DNA of 37,524 nucleotides from an uncultured Actinomyces sp. (GCA_964351035.1 CAYGMM010000006.1:1-37524); one strand, 5' to 3'; positions 15,400-24,360 are shown, numbered from the stretch's first letter. The notes: generated from the letters alone by a model not told the origin. Numbers and translations are program-made.

Positions 15400-16979
15400 T
15401 CCGCGGGCTCCTCAAGGCGCGGGAAGAGAGCGTCGCCCTTGGTGACTCTCAGGGCCGCCGGGAGTTGTCCCCATCGCGCCACGTCACCGATCCGCTGCTC
15501 GGCGATGGCCCCGAGCGCCGGCTCGGCGCCGAGTTGCTCCCACAACTGGGCCATGGCCTTCGGCATGACCGGGTTGTAGAGGACCGCGATGGCGCGCAAC
15601 GACTCGCACACGGCGTACAGCACCGTATCCAGCCGCTCGGCTTGCGCCTCGTCCTTGGCAAGGACCCAGGGCTCCTGTTCGGTCACGTAGAGGTTGACCG
15701 CATCGATGAACCGTCGAATCTCGGCGATGCCACCGGAGAAGTCGAGGGCCCCCATTGCCGCATCCGCGCGCGGAGCAACCTCGGCGAGCAGATCGATGAG
15801 CGCCTGCTCCGCGTCGGTGGTCGGCCCGCTGGCCGGCAGCGATCCATCCCGGTAACGCTGGACCATCGCGGTAGCCCGCGAGGCGAGATTGCCCAGTCCA
15901 TTGGCGAGTTCAGCGGTGTAGCGCGCCGACATGTCCTCCCAGGAAAATGAGCCGTCCTGGCCGAACTGGATCGCGCGCATGAAGTAGTAGCGGAATGCGT
16001 CGGAGCCGAAGTGGTCGGTGATCTGCTCCGGCGCGATGCCGGTGAGGCGCGTCTTGCTCATCTTCTCGCCACCGACCAGCAGCCAGCCATGCGCGAAGAC
16101 CTTGCCGGGCAGCGGTAGACCCGCCGCGAGCAGCATCGCCGGCCAGTAGACCGCGTGGAAGCGCAGGATGTCCTTGCCCACGAGGTGGACGTCGGCCGGC
16201 CAGGCACGGGCGAAGAGTTCGGCGTCGGGCGTGCCCTCCGGCGCGCCGTACCCCACAGCCGTGGCGTAGTTGAGCAGGGCGTCGAACCACACGTAGATGA
16301 CCTGCCGCTCATCCCAGGGCAGGCTGATGCCCCATGCCACGCTGGACCGGGACATCGAGATATCGACGAGGCCCCCGCGCAGGAAGGACATCACTTCGTT
16401 ATAGGCGCTGACCGGTTCGATGGCCTCGGGGTTGGCCTCGTAGTGCGCGATGAGCGCGTCGGTGAAGGCGGACAGTTGGAAGAACCAGTTCTTCTCCTTG
16501 ACCATCTCGACCGGCCGGCCGTGCACCGGGCACAGCGGCTCGCCACCATCCTCCGGTACCTGCAGGTCTCCGGGGAGCTTGAACTCCTCGCACCCCACGC
16601 AGTAGGGGCCCTCGTAGTCCGCCTCATAGACATAGCCGTTGTCGCGCACGACCTCCCAGAATCGCTGCACACGCTCGGTGTGACGCGGTTCGGTCGTCCG
16701 GATGAAGTCATCATTGGCGGCATCGATCGTCTCCAGCACCGGTCGCCAGGAGTCGCGCACGAGTCGATCGACCCACTCCTGCGGCGAGACGCCACCGGCT
16801 TCGGCCGCGCGCTGCACCTTGGTGCCGTGCTCATCCACGCCGGTGAGGAAGAGCACGTCATCGCCGCGCTGGCGACGCCACCGCGTGAGCACATCGCCCG
16901 CCGTCGTCGTGTAGGCGTGCCCGATGTGGGGTGCGTCATTGACGTAGTAGATGGGCGTCGTCACGTAGTAGGCCGCCAT
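15396..16979 (-). CDS. metG: Methionine--tRNA ligase (short form, no C-terminal OB domain)
   Basis: YYVNDAPHIGH (HIGH), CxxC...CxxH knuckle, YVWFDAL, GKDILRFH and KMSKT motifs. Confidence 0.96.
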   Translation of the reverse strand: MAAYYVTTPIYYVNDAPHIGHAYTTTAGDVLTRWRRQRGDDVLFLTGVDEHGTKVQRAAEAGGVSPQEWVDRLVRDSWRPVLETIDAANDDFIRTTEPRHTERVQRFWEVVRDNGYVYEADYEGPYCVGCEEFKLPGDLQVPEDGGEPLCPVHGRPVEMVKEKNWFFQLSAFTDALIAHYEANPEAIEPVSAYNEVMSFLRGGLVDISMSRSSVAWGISLPWDERQVIYVWFDALLNYATAVGYGAPEGTPDAELFARAWPADVHLVGKDILRFHAVYWPAMLLAAGLPLPGKVFAHGWLLVGGEKMSKTRLTGIAPEQITDHFGSDAFRYYFMRAIQFGQDGSFSWEDMSARYTAELANGLGNLASRATAMVQRYRDGSLPASGPTTDAEQALIDLLAEVAPRADAAMGALDFSGGIAEIRRFIDAVNLYVTEQEPWVLAKDEAQAERLDTVLYAVCESLRAIAVLYNPVMPKAMAQLWEQLGAEPALGAIAEQRIGDVARWGQLPAALRVTKGDALFPRLEEPAE

Positions 16980-16990
16980 GGGGAGCGATC

Positions 16991-17845
16991 CTACTTTCGC
17001 GGGCCGGCTGCCTTGACAGCGACGTACGCGTCGTAGACCTCTCGCCGGGGAGCGGCGTACTCGGTGGCTACTGCGGCGATAGCCGACTTGGAGTCAGCAC
17101 CGCCGGCGACCCGATCGGCCACGGCACTCCCCCACACCTGCGCATCTCCACGCGGTCCTCGCGATTGCGCCCCCGCGACGACGAGCGTGATTTCGCCGCG
17201 GACCTCCCCAAGATCGTCGCGCAGGCTGCCCAGGGTCCCGCGGCGCACCTCTTCGTAGGTCTTGGTGAGTTCGCGCGCGAGGGCAGCCGGTCGCTGCTCA
17301 CCGAAGGCCGCCGCCAGATCCACGAGCGCCTCGCCTACCCGATGCGGTGCCTCGAAGAACACCATCGTGCGCGGCTCGTCGGCGAGTGCTGCCACACGTC
17401 GACGGCGTTCACCGGATCGGCGCGGCAGGAAGCCCTCGAAGCAGAAGCGGTCGACCGGCAGCCCCGAGACCACCAACGCGGCGAGCACGGCACTCGGACC
17501 CGGGAGAACGCCGACGGCGAGCCCCTCATCGAGGCAGGCCCGCACGACCCGATAGCCCGGATCACTGACGGCGGGCATCCCCGCGTCGCTCACCACCAGC
17601 ACGGTGTCGCCGGACCGGACGGCACCCACGATCGCCTCGGTACGCGCGGCCTCCACCGAGTCGTGCAGCGAGATCACCCGCCCGCGCGGCGTCACCTGCA
17701 GGTCCCGAGCAAGGCGGTGGAAGCGACGGGTGTCCTCCGCCGCGATGATGTCGGCGGTAGCCATCGCGGAGATGAGCCGCGCCGAGGCGTCCTGAGGATT
17801 GCCCAGGGGGGTCCCCGCGAGCACCAACCGACCCTCGCCGCTCAT
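16991..17845 (-). CDS. rsmI: 16S rRNA C1402 2'-O-methyltransferase
   Basis: TPLGN, AEDTR, VSDAGMPAVSDPG, FEGFLPR, FEAPHR and ARELTKTYEE motifs. Confidence 0.95.
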   Translation of the reverse strand: MSGEGRLVLAGTPLGNPQDASARLISAMATADIIAAEDTRRFHRLARDLQVTPRGRVISLHDSVEAARTEAIVGAVRSGDTVLVVSDAGMPAVSDPGYRVVRACLDEGLAVGVLPGPSAVLAALVVSGLPVDRFCFEGFLPRRSGERRRRVAALADEPRTMVFFEAPHRVGEALVDLAAAFGEQRPAALARELTKTYEEVRRGTLGSLRDDLGEVRGEITLVVAGAQSRGPRGDAQVWGSAVADRVAGGADSKSAIAAVATEYAAPRREVYDAYVAVKAAGPRK

Positions 17846-17914
17846 CGCGCCATTCTGTCAGGCGGGCACCGCATCAGTCGTACGTCGTCACCGGCCCCCA
17901 TCTACGATGGCGCG

Positions 17915-19480
17915 GTGGCCGACTCGACCAAGCCCGCAGCGCCATCGGCGCTCGGCACGACCGCCGCCACCCTCTTCCCACCATTCCGACTGACCGGCTG
18001 GAAGAGCTGGATCGGGCCGCTCGCCGTCATGGTGTTCGGCGGCATCATCCGATTCGTCAACCTGGGCTGGCCCCACTCGTTCGCCTTCGACGAGACCTAC
18101 TACGCGAAGGACGCCCTGTCCCTGCTGCGCTTCGGCCACGAGATGCAGTTCGACGACAGTGTCAATGACATCATCTTGGCCTCGGACGGCAATTGGCGAA
18201 CGATCGACATCTTCAAGGATGACCCGTCCTTCGTGGTGCATCCCCCGTTCGGCAAATGGGTGATCGCCACCGGCGAGTGGATGTTCGGCCTCAACCCGTT
18301 CGGCTGGCGCTTCGCCGTCGCCGTTCTCGGCACACTCGCCGTCCTCATGACGGCACGGATCGCACGCCGACTGACCCGGTCGGACCTCATCGGCGTCGTC
18401 GCGGGGCTACTGCTCGCCGTTGATGGCATGCATCTGGTGACGAGCCGGTCCGCCGTCCTCGACATGGTCATCTCCTTCACCTGCCTCACCGCATTCGGCC
18501 TGCTCCTGCTGGACCGCGATCAGGTGCGCAAGAGATTCGCCGACAAGGTCCCCCTCCCCCCGAGCGAATGGGGTCCACGGCTCGGGCCTCGCCCGTATCG
18601 CTGGGCGGCCGGCGTCGCGCTCGGTCTCGCGATCGGGGTGAAGTGGTCGGGGCTGTGGTACCTCGCGTTCTTCGGGCTCATGACCGTCTTCTGGGACATC
18701 TCCCTGCGCCGACAGTTGGCCGTGCGACAGCCCTGGACGGCGACCTTCCTGCGCAGCGCTCCCCCGGCCGCGCTGGCCATGGTCGGCTCGGCCGCGGTGA
18801 CGTACCTCGCGACCTGGACCGGCTGGCTACGAGGCGACTCCGGGTGGGGGCGCACCTGGGCCGATGGCATGGACTCGACGTTGCCGATCCCTGCGGCGCT
18901 GCGCTCCCTGTGGCACTACCACGCCGAAGCGTGGAAGTTCCACGTCGGACTCACCGGTGATCACTCGTATCAGTCCAACCCCATGAGCTGGTTCATGCAG
19001 ACCCGGCCGGTGTCTTTCTATTGGCGCAGCCTGGAATCCGGTGACGCGGGGTGCGGGGCCGAGAAGTGCGCGGCCGAGGTGCTCGCGGTCGGCAATCCGG
19101 TGATCTGGTGGATTGGCTCGATCGCACTGATCTACATGATCTGGCGATGGGCGGCGCGACGCGACTGGCGCGCCGGCGCGGTGCTCGTCGGCGTGCTCGC
19201 CGGCTGGGTGCCGTGGCTGCTCTACCTCGACCGCACGATCTTCAGCTTCTACTCGGTGATCTTCGTGCCCTACATCGCGATGGCATTGGCGATGACCCTC
19301 GGTGCCGTGCTCGGGCCAGCCGACGCGCCACCCGAACGACGGAAATGGGGCGCCATCGTCTCCGGCGGAGTGGTGCTGCTCGCCGTCATCCTGGGCTGGT
19401 GGTTCTACCCCGTGTGGACCGGCGAGACGTTGCCGTACGTGCAGTGGACCTGGCGCATGTGGATGCCCACGTGGATCTAG
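17915..19480 (+). CDS. pmt: Dolichyl/polyprenol-phosphate-mannose--protein O-mannosyltransferase
   Basis: FDETYYAKDA, VHPPFGKW, FGWRF, VKWSG and HSYQSNP motifs with many TM helices. Divergent from rsmI. GTG at 17915 lies 6 nt after TACGAT. Confidence 0.9.
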   Translation: MADSTKPAAPSALGTTAATLFPPFRLTGWKSWIGPLAVMVFGGIIRFVNLGWPHSFAFDETYYAKDALSLLRFGHEMQFDDSVNDIILASDGNWRTIDIFKDDPSFVVHPPFGKWVIATGEWMFGLNPFGWRFAVAVLGTLAVLMTARIARRLTRSDLIGVVAGLLLAVDGMHLVTSRSAVLDMVISFTCLTAFGLLLLDRDQVRKRFADKVPLPPSEWGPRLGPRPYRWAAGVALGLAIGVKWSGLWYLAFFGLMTVFWDISLRRQLAVRQPWTATFLRSAPPAALAMVGSAAVTYLATWTGWLRGDSGWGRTWADGMDSTLPIPAALRSLWHYHAEAWKFHVGLTGDHSYQSNPMSWFMQTRPVSFYWRSLESGDAGCGAEKCAAEVLAVGNPVIWWIGSIALIYMIWRWAARRDWRAGAVLVGVLAGWVPWLLYLDRTIFSFYSVIFVPYIAMALAMTLGAVLGPADAPPERRKWGAIVSGGVVLLAVILGWWFYPVWTGETLPYVQWTWRMWMPTWI

Positions 19481-19647
19481 CCCGGAACTGGTCTCGGCTC
19501 TTCTGAACCATCCGTGACTGGCTCCTGTGTGCCGATGACCACGGCCATCAAGGGAACGGTTCTTTGGGTGGATTGCGCCACCCGGTGACCACTTTTCACC
19601 CTAGGAATCGGGTATTCCGGCGCAGGCTGCTCTAGCTGCGGGCTGGT

Positions 19648-20163
19648 CTAGCGCCGCGGGCACCAGTCGGTGGCGTCCTCGGGCATGAGGCACACGCCGT
19701 ACTTCACCTGCGTCTTGCGATAGGCGTAGGCCGTGCCATCGGGGAGTTCACCCTCGGTGGCCGGCAGAGTCAGCCGGAAGCGCGTGGTCTCCATCTCCAT
19801 CAGCATGTCGACAGGGATACGAACGCGGGTCATGTAGGGGTATTCCTCAGCGCACTTGTCCGAGGCGTTGCTCTTGACCGGCAGGTCACGGGTCTTGCGC
19901 CACGGAGAACCGGTCTGCTTCGTGCTGACGTAGGCCCGAGGAGACGCGGGCATCGACCAACACTCGATGACGTCGACGTACTCCAGGCCCTCGGTGGGCT
20001 CCGAGCAGTCGTAGGTGGCGGTGTATTCGGAGTCGATCCACTGGCAGGCCATGACCGGTGCCGCCTGAGCAACACCGGCACCGGCCACCAGGCTCGCGCC
20101 CACCAGCCCGGTTGCCCCGGCTGCGGCTGCGAGTCGGCTGAGGGCTCGTCGGTAGGTGCTCAT
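19648..20163 (-). CDS. Hypothetical secreted protein with six cysteines
   Basis: Signal peptide MSTYRRALSRLAAAAGATGLVGASLVAGAGVAQA-A, GC3-rich codon usage, and TACGGT 8 nt before the ATG. No family recognised. Confidence 0.7.
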   Translation of the reverse strand: MSTYRRALSRLAAAAGATGLVGASLVAGAGVAQAAPVMACQWIDSEYTATYDCSEPTEGLEYVDVIECWSMPASPRAYVSTKQTGSPWRKTRDLPVKSNASDKCAEEYPYMTRVRIPVDMLMEMETTRFRLTLPATEGELPDGTAYAYRKTQVKYGVCLMPEDATDWCPRR

Positions 20164-20275
20164 GGGCCACCACCGTACGGCCGGTTCCGGGATTGAGTCG
20201 AACCGGCGTGGGGCGATTCGCCGAGATCTGCCGGATTTCCCAGGAAACCGCCGGGGCGGCTTGGGGGGCGAACAG

Positions 20276-20317
20276 CGAAGTGCCGGGCCGCCTCAGCGGA
20301 GGCGTCCCGGCACTTCG
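20276..20317 (-). terminator. Long hairpin immediately downstream of tRNA-Ala
   Basis: CGAAGTGCCGGG-C-CGCCTC-AGCG-GAGGCG-T-CCCGGCACTTCG forms 18 bp with one mismatch. The U-tract is weak. Confidence 0.65.
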
Positions 20318-20322
20318 TGGTG

Positions 20323-20396
20323 TGGAGCTGAGGGGATTTGAACCCCTGACCCCCTCGATGCGAACGAGGTGCGCTACCGGACTGCGCTACAGCCCC
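20323..20396 (-). tRNA. tRNA-Ala (anticodon CGC)
   Basis: GGGGCTG...CAGCTCC-A with the G3:U70 wobble, anticodon arm CCTCG-TTCGCAT-CGAGG, T arm AGGGG-TTCAAAT-CCCCT. Confidence 0.96.
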
Positions 20397-20461
20397 GGAG
20401 CCCAGCGGAGATGGCCCTCCCTGGACAGGCGGTGAGACTACCAGTCGCTCCGTCAGTCCGA

Positions 20462-20965
20462 TCACGCCGACTGGTCGAAGACCTCGTCCCAACTCGCGAG
20501 TGCAGCGTGCCGACCGGTCGGCCGCGCGACAGGCGCGCTTGGCTCCTGCGTGGCCTGGTCAACGGGCACATCCTCCTCCGCGGGCGCGGCCGTCTCCGGC
20601 TCGGCGATCGGCCGCTCCTGCGCGACCCGGGTAGCACTGCGCCGGGCCGCTGCGGCGGCCAGCGGCGCGTAGATGACCACCGGCAGGACACCGATCGCCA
20701 TCGCCACCGTGGGCAGGTAGCCGAGCAGCCAGGCGCCCACGGCCAGCACGGCGGGCACGGCAAGTGCCGCGAGCAGCGTGCGGCGGCGACGCGAAGCCAC
20801 TCGCGCGGCCGTCGATTGAGGCGTGGAGAACGACGCGAGGGTCCCCATGGCCGACCGGTGTCGGTCCAGGCGTCGCGCCTGGTCATCGTCGTGCCGGCGC
20901 AGCCACATCGGGATGAGTACGGCGGCCCACAGGGCGACAATCGCCACGTAGACCAGACCCGTCAT
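20462..20965 (-). CDS. Membrane protein, probable GlpR/SepX-like divisome protein
   Basis: N-terminal TM LVYVAIVALWAAVLIPMWL, RRRR before two further TMs, and a Pro/Glu-rich tail. Occupies the conserved position between the rimJ-like gene and tRNA-Ala. ATG at 20965 lies 6 nt after TACGGT. Confidence 0.65.
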   Translation of the reverse strand: MTGLVYVAIVALWAAVLIPMWLRRHDDDQARRLDRHRSAMGTLASFSTPQSTAARVASRRRRTLLAALAVPAVLAVGAWLLGYLPTVAMAIGVLPVVIYAPLAAAAARRSATRVAQERPIAEPETAAPAEEDVPVDQATQEPSAPVARPTGRHAALASWDEVFDQSA

Positions 20966-21038
20966 ATTCAGACCGTAGATCGCCGATGCGCGAAGTCGCC
21001 GGAACCGAGCCCCCAAGCGCCTGCGTGTCGCAGGTGGG

Positions 21039-21140
21039 CGGTCAGTGCTGTTGGACCGTCAGTCCGGTCAGACCGTCAGTCCGGTCAGACCGTCAGTCCG
21101 GTCGGACGGTCAGTGCTGTCGGACGGTCAGTGCTGTCGGA
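21039..21140. repeat. Six tandem 17-bp repeats (two variants, order A-B-B-B-A-A)
   Basis: A=CGGTCAGTGCTGTYGGA and B=CCGTCAGTCCGGTCRGA, starting at 21039, 21056, 21073, 21090, 21107 and 21124. The last copy overlaps the rimJ-like stop codon. Confidence 0.92.
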
Positions 21141-21726
21141 CCGCCTGCCACCGCGCCATCAGCCCCTCCGGGACCTCCTCGGCGCACAGCGCGAAGGTCA
21201 CATGATCGCGCCAGTCGCCGTTGATATGCAGGTAGCGCTCGCGCACCCCCTCATGGCGGAAGCCGAGCTTCTCGACCACCCGCAGGGAGGCGGCGTTCTC
21301 GGGCCGGATGTTGATCTCGACCCGGTGCAGGCCACCCGCGGTGAAGCAGTGATCCGTGGCCATGGCGACCGCGGTGGGCATGATCCCCCGGCCGGCGTAG
21401 CGCTGATCGATCCAGTAGCCGATGTAGGCGCTCTGCAGTGAACCGCGGGCAATACCCCCGACGGTGACCTGCCCGACAAAGGTTCCGTCATGGGTGAGGG
21501 CGAAGGGCATCGTGCGCCCATCGCGAGCCTCGGCCCGCAGCCGTCGCACCATCGCGCCGTACGACGACGGCACATCATGTTCGAAGGCGGGCGTGGTGGC
21601 CTCCCACGGTCGCAGCCAGGGCGCATTGCGAGAGCGCACCTCGCGCCAGACACTGGCATCGCGCAGACGCAAGGGCCGCAATTCGATCGGGCCCTCTCGC
21701 AGCCGGGCGGGCCAACCGGCCGTCAT
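21127..21726 (-). CDS. RimJ/RimL-family GNAT N-acetyltransferase
   Basis: WLRPWEAT, IGYWID..AGRG, LHRVEINIRPENAASLRVVEKLGF and INGDWRDH motifs. ATG at 21726 overlaps the moaC stop. Confidence 0.9.
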   Translation of the reverse strand: MTAGWPARLREGPIELRPLRLRDASVWREVRSRNAPWLRPWEATTPAFEHDVPSSYGAMVRRLRAEARDGRTMPFALTHDGTFVGQVTVGGIARGSLQSAYIGYWIDQRYAGRGIMPTAVAMATDHCFTAGGLHRVEINIRPENAASLRVVEKLGFRHEGVRERYLHINGDWRDHVTFALCAEEVPEGLMARWQAVRQH

Positions 21727-22199
21727 TCGGGCCTCCGCCACTCCCCGCGCTTGCCGCCGGACTTCGTCTCCAGCCGGACGTCGGTGATGACCGCGGCCGG
21801 GTCCACGGCCTTGACCATGTCGATCATGGCGAGACCAGCTACGGCGACACAGGTGAGTGCTTCCATCTCCACGCCCGTCCGATCCGCAGTCCGGACGGTC
21901 GCCTCGATGGCCACGTGATCGTCGCGTACGTCGAGGCCAACATCGACACCGTGGATAGCCAGCGGGTGGCACAGGGGCACGAGGTCCGGGGTGCGCTTGG
22001 CCGCCTGGATACCGGCGATCCGCGCCACAGCGAGCGCATCACCTTTGGGCACACCGGCGCCGCGCAGGAGCGCGATCACCTCGGCGGAGACGAGGACCCG
22101 CCCACTGGCCGTGGCGGTCCGCACCGTGATGTCTTTGCCGCTCACATCCACCATGCGCGCCGCGCCCTTGTCGTCCAGGTGGGTGAATTCGGCGCTCAT
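21723..22199 (-). CDS. moaC: Cyclic pyranopterin monophosphate synthase
   Basis: FTHLD..GAARMVDVSGK, KGDALAVARIAGI, PLCHPL, TGVEMEAL and KSGGK motifs. TGATG overlap with moeA. Confidence 0.95.
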   Translation of the reverse strand: MSAEFTHLDDKGAARMVDVSGKDITVRTATASGRVLVSAEVIALLRGAGVPKGDALAVARIAGIQAAKRTPDLVPLCHPLAIHGVDVGLDVRDDHVAIEATVRTADRTGVEMEALTCVAVAGLAMIDMVKAVDPAAVITDVRLETKSGGKRGEWRRPE

Positions 22200-23431
22200 C
22201 AGGTCGTCCCTCCAGACGCAAGCAGGTCGATGACCACCAGTTCCTGCCCCTCCGCGACCTCGGTCACCTCGGGCGGGATCACGGCGAGACCGTTCGCGCG
22301 CGACAGACCACCGATGATGTGCGAGCCCTGGCCGCCCTCCGGCTCCGCCACGACTAGCCCGTCGCGCTCGGCAAGCCGCACGCGCGCGAACTGGGTCTTG
22401 TGCGCGGGCGAGGTGAAACCGCGCGCACAGATCGCGTGCACGCGCGGACGGTCGATGTCGCTGTGTCCGAGAAGACGTCGGATGAGCGGGCGCACGAATA
22501 CCTCGAACGACACGTAGGAACTCACCGGATTGCCGGGCAGCGTGACGATGCGCGTGCCGTCGACACGGCCGCAACCCTGGGGCATCCCCGGCTGCATCGC
22601 GACCTTGACGAACTCCACGCCGCCGAGGTCGGTCAGCACCGCCTTGACCGTGTCGTAAGCGCCCATGCTCACGCCGCCGGAGGTGAGGATCACATCGCAT
22701 GTAGCGGCCTCTTCGGCGAGGACGCGCGCCAACGTCGCGTCATCATCCGGCACCGGGCCTACGCGGCGAGCGACCGCGCCCGCCTCACGCGCGGCCGCCG
22801 CGAGCATGTAGCTGTTGGAGTCGACGATCTGCCCGATGCCGGGGTCGATGCCGGGATCGACGAGTTCATCACCGGTGGAGATCACGGTGACCCGTGGCCG
22901 TGGATGGACCAGCACCTGACCGCGGCCGACCGCGGCGAGCATGGCGAGCACTCGCGCGGTGATCACCGTCCCGGCCGCCACGACGAGATCGCCGGTGTCG
23001 ACGTCTTCGCCCGCGCGACGGATGTGGGCACCGAGATCGGGCTGACGGGTGATGCCCACCGCCTGCGTCCCACCGTCGGTCCACTCGACCGGGACGACGG
23101 CATCGGCCCCCGCTGGAACCGGCGCACCGGTCATGATGCGGACGGCCGTGCCGATGGCGAGCGCGGCCTCGGCGGACTGTCCCGCCGCGATATCGCCACG
23201 CACCGGGAGGGTCACCGGCGACGACTCGCTGGCACCGGCCACTTCTGCCGCGCGCACGGCGTAGCCGTCCATCGAACTGTTGTCGAAGGACGGTAGCGGC
23301 CAGGCGGCGGTCACATCCTCGGCGAGCACGAGTCCTTCCGCGTCGGTGAGGCCCACCAACTCCGGGGCGAGGGGCGCAGCTCCAGCCAGGACCGCGGCCA
23401 CATGGTCGGCGACCGGTCGCAGCGTCGTCAT
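22199..23431 (-). CDS. moeA: Molybdopterin molybdotransferase MoeA / gephyrin-like Glp
   Basis: PSFDNSSMDGYAV, RIMTGAPVPAGADAVVPVE, STGDEL, TSGGVSMG and LPGNPVS motifs. Confidence 0.94.
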   Translation of the reverse strand: MTTLRPVADHVAAVLAGAAPLAPELVGLTDAEGLVLAEDVTAAWPLPSFDNSSMDGYAVRAAEVAGASESSPVTLPVRGDIAAGQSAEAALAIGTAVRIMTGAPVPAGADAVVPVEWTDGGTQAVGITRQPDLGAHIRRAGEDVDTGDLVVAAGTVITARVLAMLAAVGRGQVLVHPRPRVTVISTGDELVDPGIDPGIGQIVDSNSYMLAAAAREAGAVARRVGPVPDDDATLARVLAEEAATCDVILTSGGVSMGAYDTVKAVLTDLGGVEFVKVAMQPGMPQGCGRVDGTRIVTLPGNPVSSYVSFEVFVRPLIRRLLGHSDIDRPRVHAICARGFTSPAHKTQFARVRLAERDGLVVAEPEGGQGSHIIGGLSRANGLAVIPPEVTEVAEGQELVVIDLLASGGTT

Positions 23432-24333
23432 GATGACTCCTCACGCAGTGGGGGTGGCGTCTCGGTGTCGAGAAGTACGGTCGGGAGCCACTCGCGCAGA
23501 GACGGTCCGAGATCGTCCCGCTCGAGCGCGAGGCGGATCACCGCCTGCAGATAGCTCAGGCGATCGCCGGTGTCGTAGCGACGACCGCGGAAGATCACGC
23601 CATGCACCGCTCCGGCGTGTGCGAGTTCCTGCAGCGCATCGGTGAGCTGGATCTCACCGCCCCGTCCGGGCTTGGTGTCTGCGAGGACTCCGAAGATCGC
23701 GGGGTCGAGGACGTAGCGACCGATGACGGCGAGGTTCGACGGGGCTTCCTCGATCGATGGCTTCTCGATGAGGTTCGTCACGCGCACCAACCCCTCGGTA
23801 TCGGTGGGCTCCACCGCAGCACAGCCGTACAGCGAGATCTGGTCGCGCGGCACTTCCATCAGGCACAGGATCGAGCCACCCACTGATTCGCGCGCGTCGA
23901 TCATGTCGCGCAGCACGTCGTCGCGCTCATCGATGAGGTCGTCACCGAGAAGGACAGCGAACGGCTCGTCGCCCACGTGACGCTCGGCCATGGAGACGGC
24001 GTGGCCGAGGCCGAGGGCCTCGCCCTGGCGCACGTAGTGGATGCGGGCGAGGTCGTTCGACGCCGTAATGCCCGCGAGGCGTTCAACGTCGCCCTTCTCG
24101 GCGAGCACCGTCTCGAGTTCGAGGTTGCGATCGAAATGGTCTTCCAGGGCGCGTTTGCTCCGCCCGGTGATGAACAGCACATCATCGATGCCAGCCGCCG
24201 CGGCCTCCTCGACGACGTACTGGATAGCCGGCTTGTCCACCACGGGAAGCATTTCCTTCGGGGTCGCCTTGGTCGCCGGCAGGAAGCGGGTACCCAACCC
24301 GGCTGCCGGAATCACCGCTTTCCGCACGCGCAC
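23428..24333 (-). CDS. galU: UTP--glucose-1-phosphate uridylyltransferase
   Basis: KAVIPAAGLGTRFLPATKATPKEMLPVVDKP, GLGHAV, LGDD and GGEIQLTDA motifs. Start trimmed to the GTG at 24333. Confidence 0.96.
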   Translation of the reverse strand: MRVRKAVIPAAGLGTRFLPATKATPKEMLPVVDKPAIQYVVEEAAAAGIDDVLFITGRSKRALEDHFDRNLELETVLAEKGDVERLAGITASNDLARIHYVRQGEALGLGHAVSMAERHVGDEPFAVLLGDDLIDERDDVLRDMIDARESVGGSILCLMEVPRDQISLYGCAAVEPTDTEGLVRVTNLIEKPSIEEAPSNLAVIGRYVLDPAIFGVLADTKPGRGGEIQLTDALQELAHAGAVHGVIFRGRRYDTGDRLSYLQAVIRLALERDDLGPSLREWLPTVLLDTETPPPLREESS

Positions 24334-24360
24334 GGGAGACAGCCTAGAAGAATGCCCGGC

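Noticed and set aside
16050-16075. KMSKT instead of KMSKS in MetRS
   Set aside because: A conservative variant that retains the catalytic Lys; no evidence of inactivation.
17165-17914. 250-aa N-terminal extension of pmt in the ORF track
   Set aside because: It lies antisense to rsmI; the GTG at 17915 with a -10 element gives a normal-length Pmt.
19481-20322. Prophage/ICE integrated at tRNA-Ala
   Set aside because: No integrase and no duplicated tRNA 3' end (att site) was seen; only one small gene is present.
21039-21140. Possible CRISPR array
   Set aside because: The units are contiguous 17-mers with no unique spacers, and there are no cas genes in the window.
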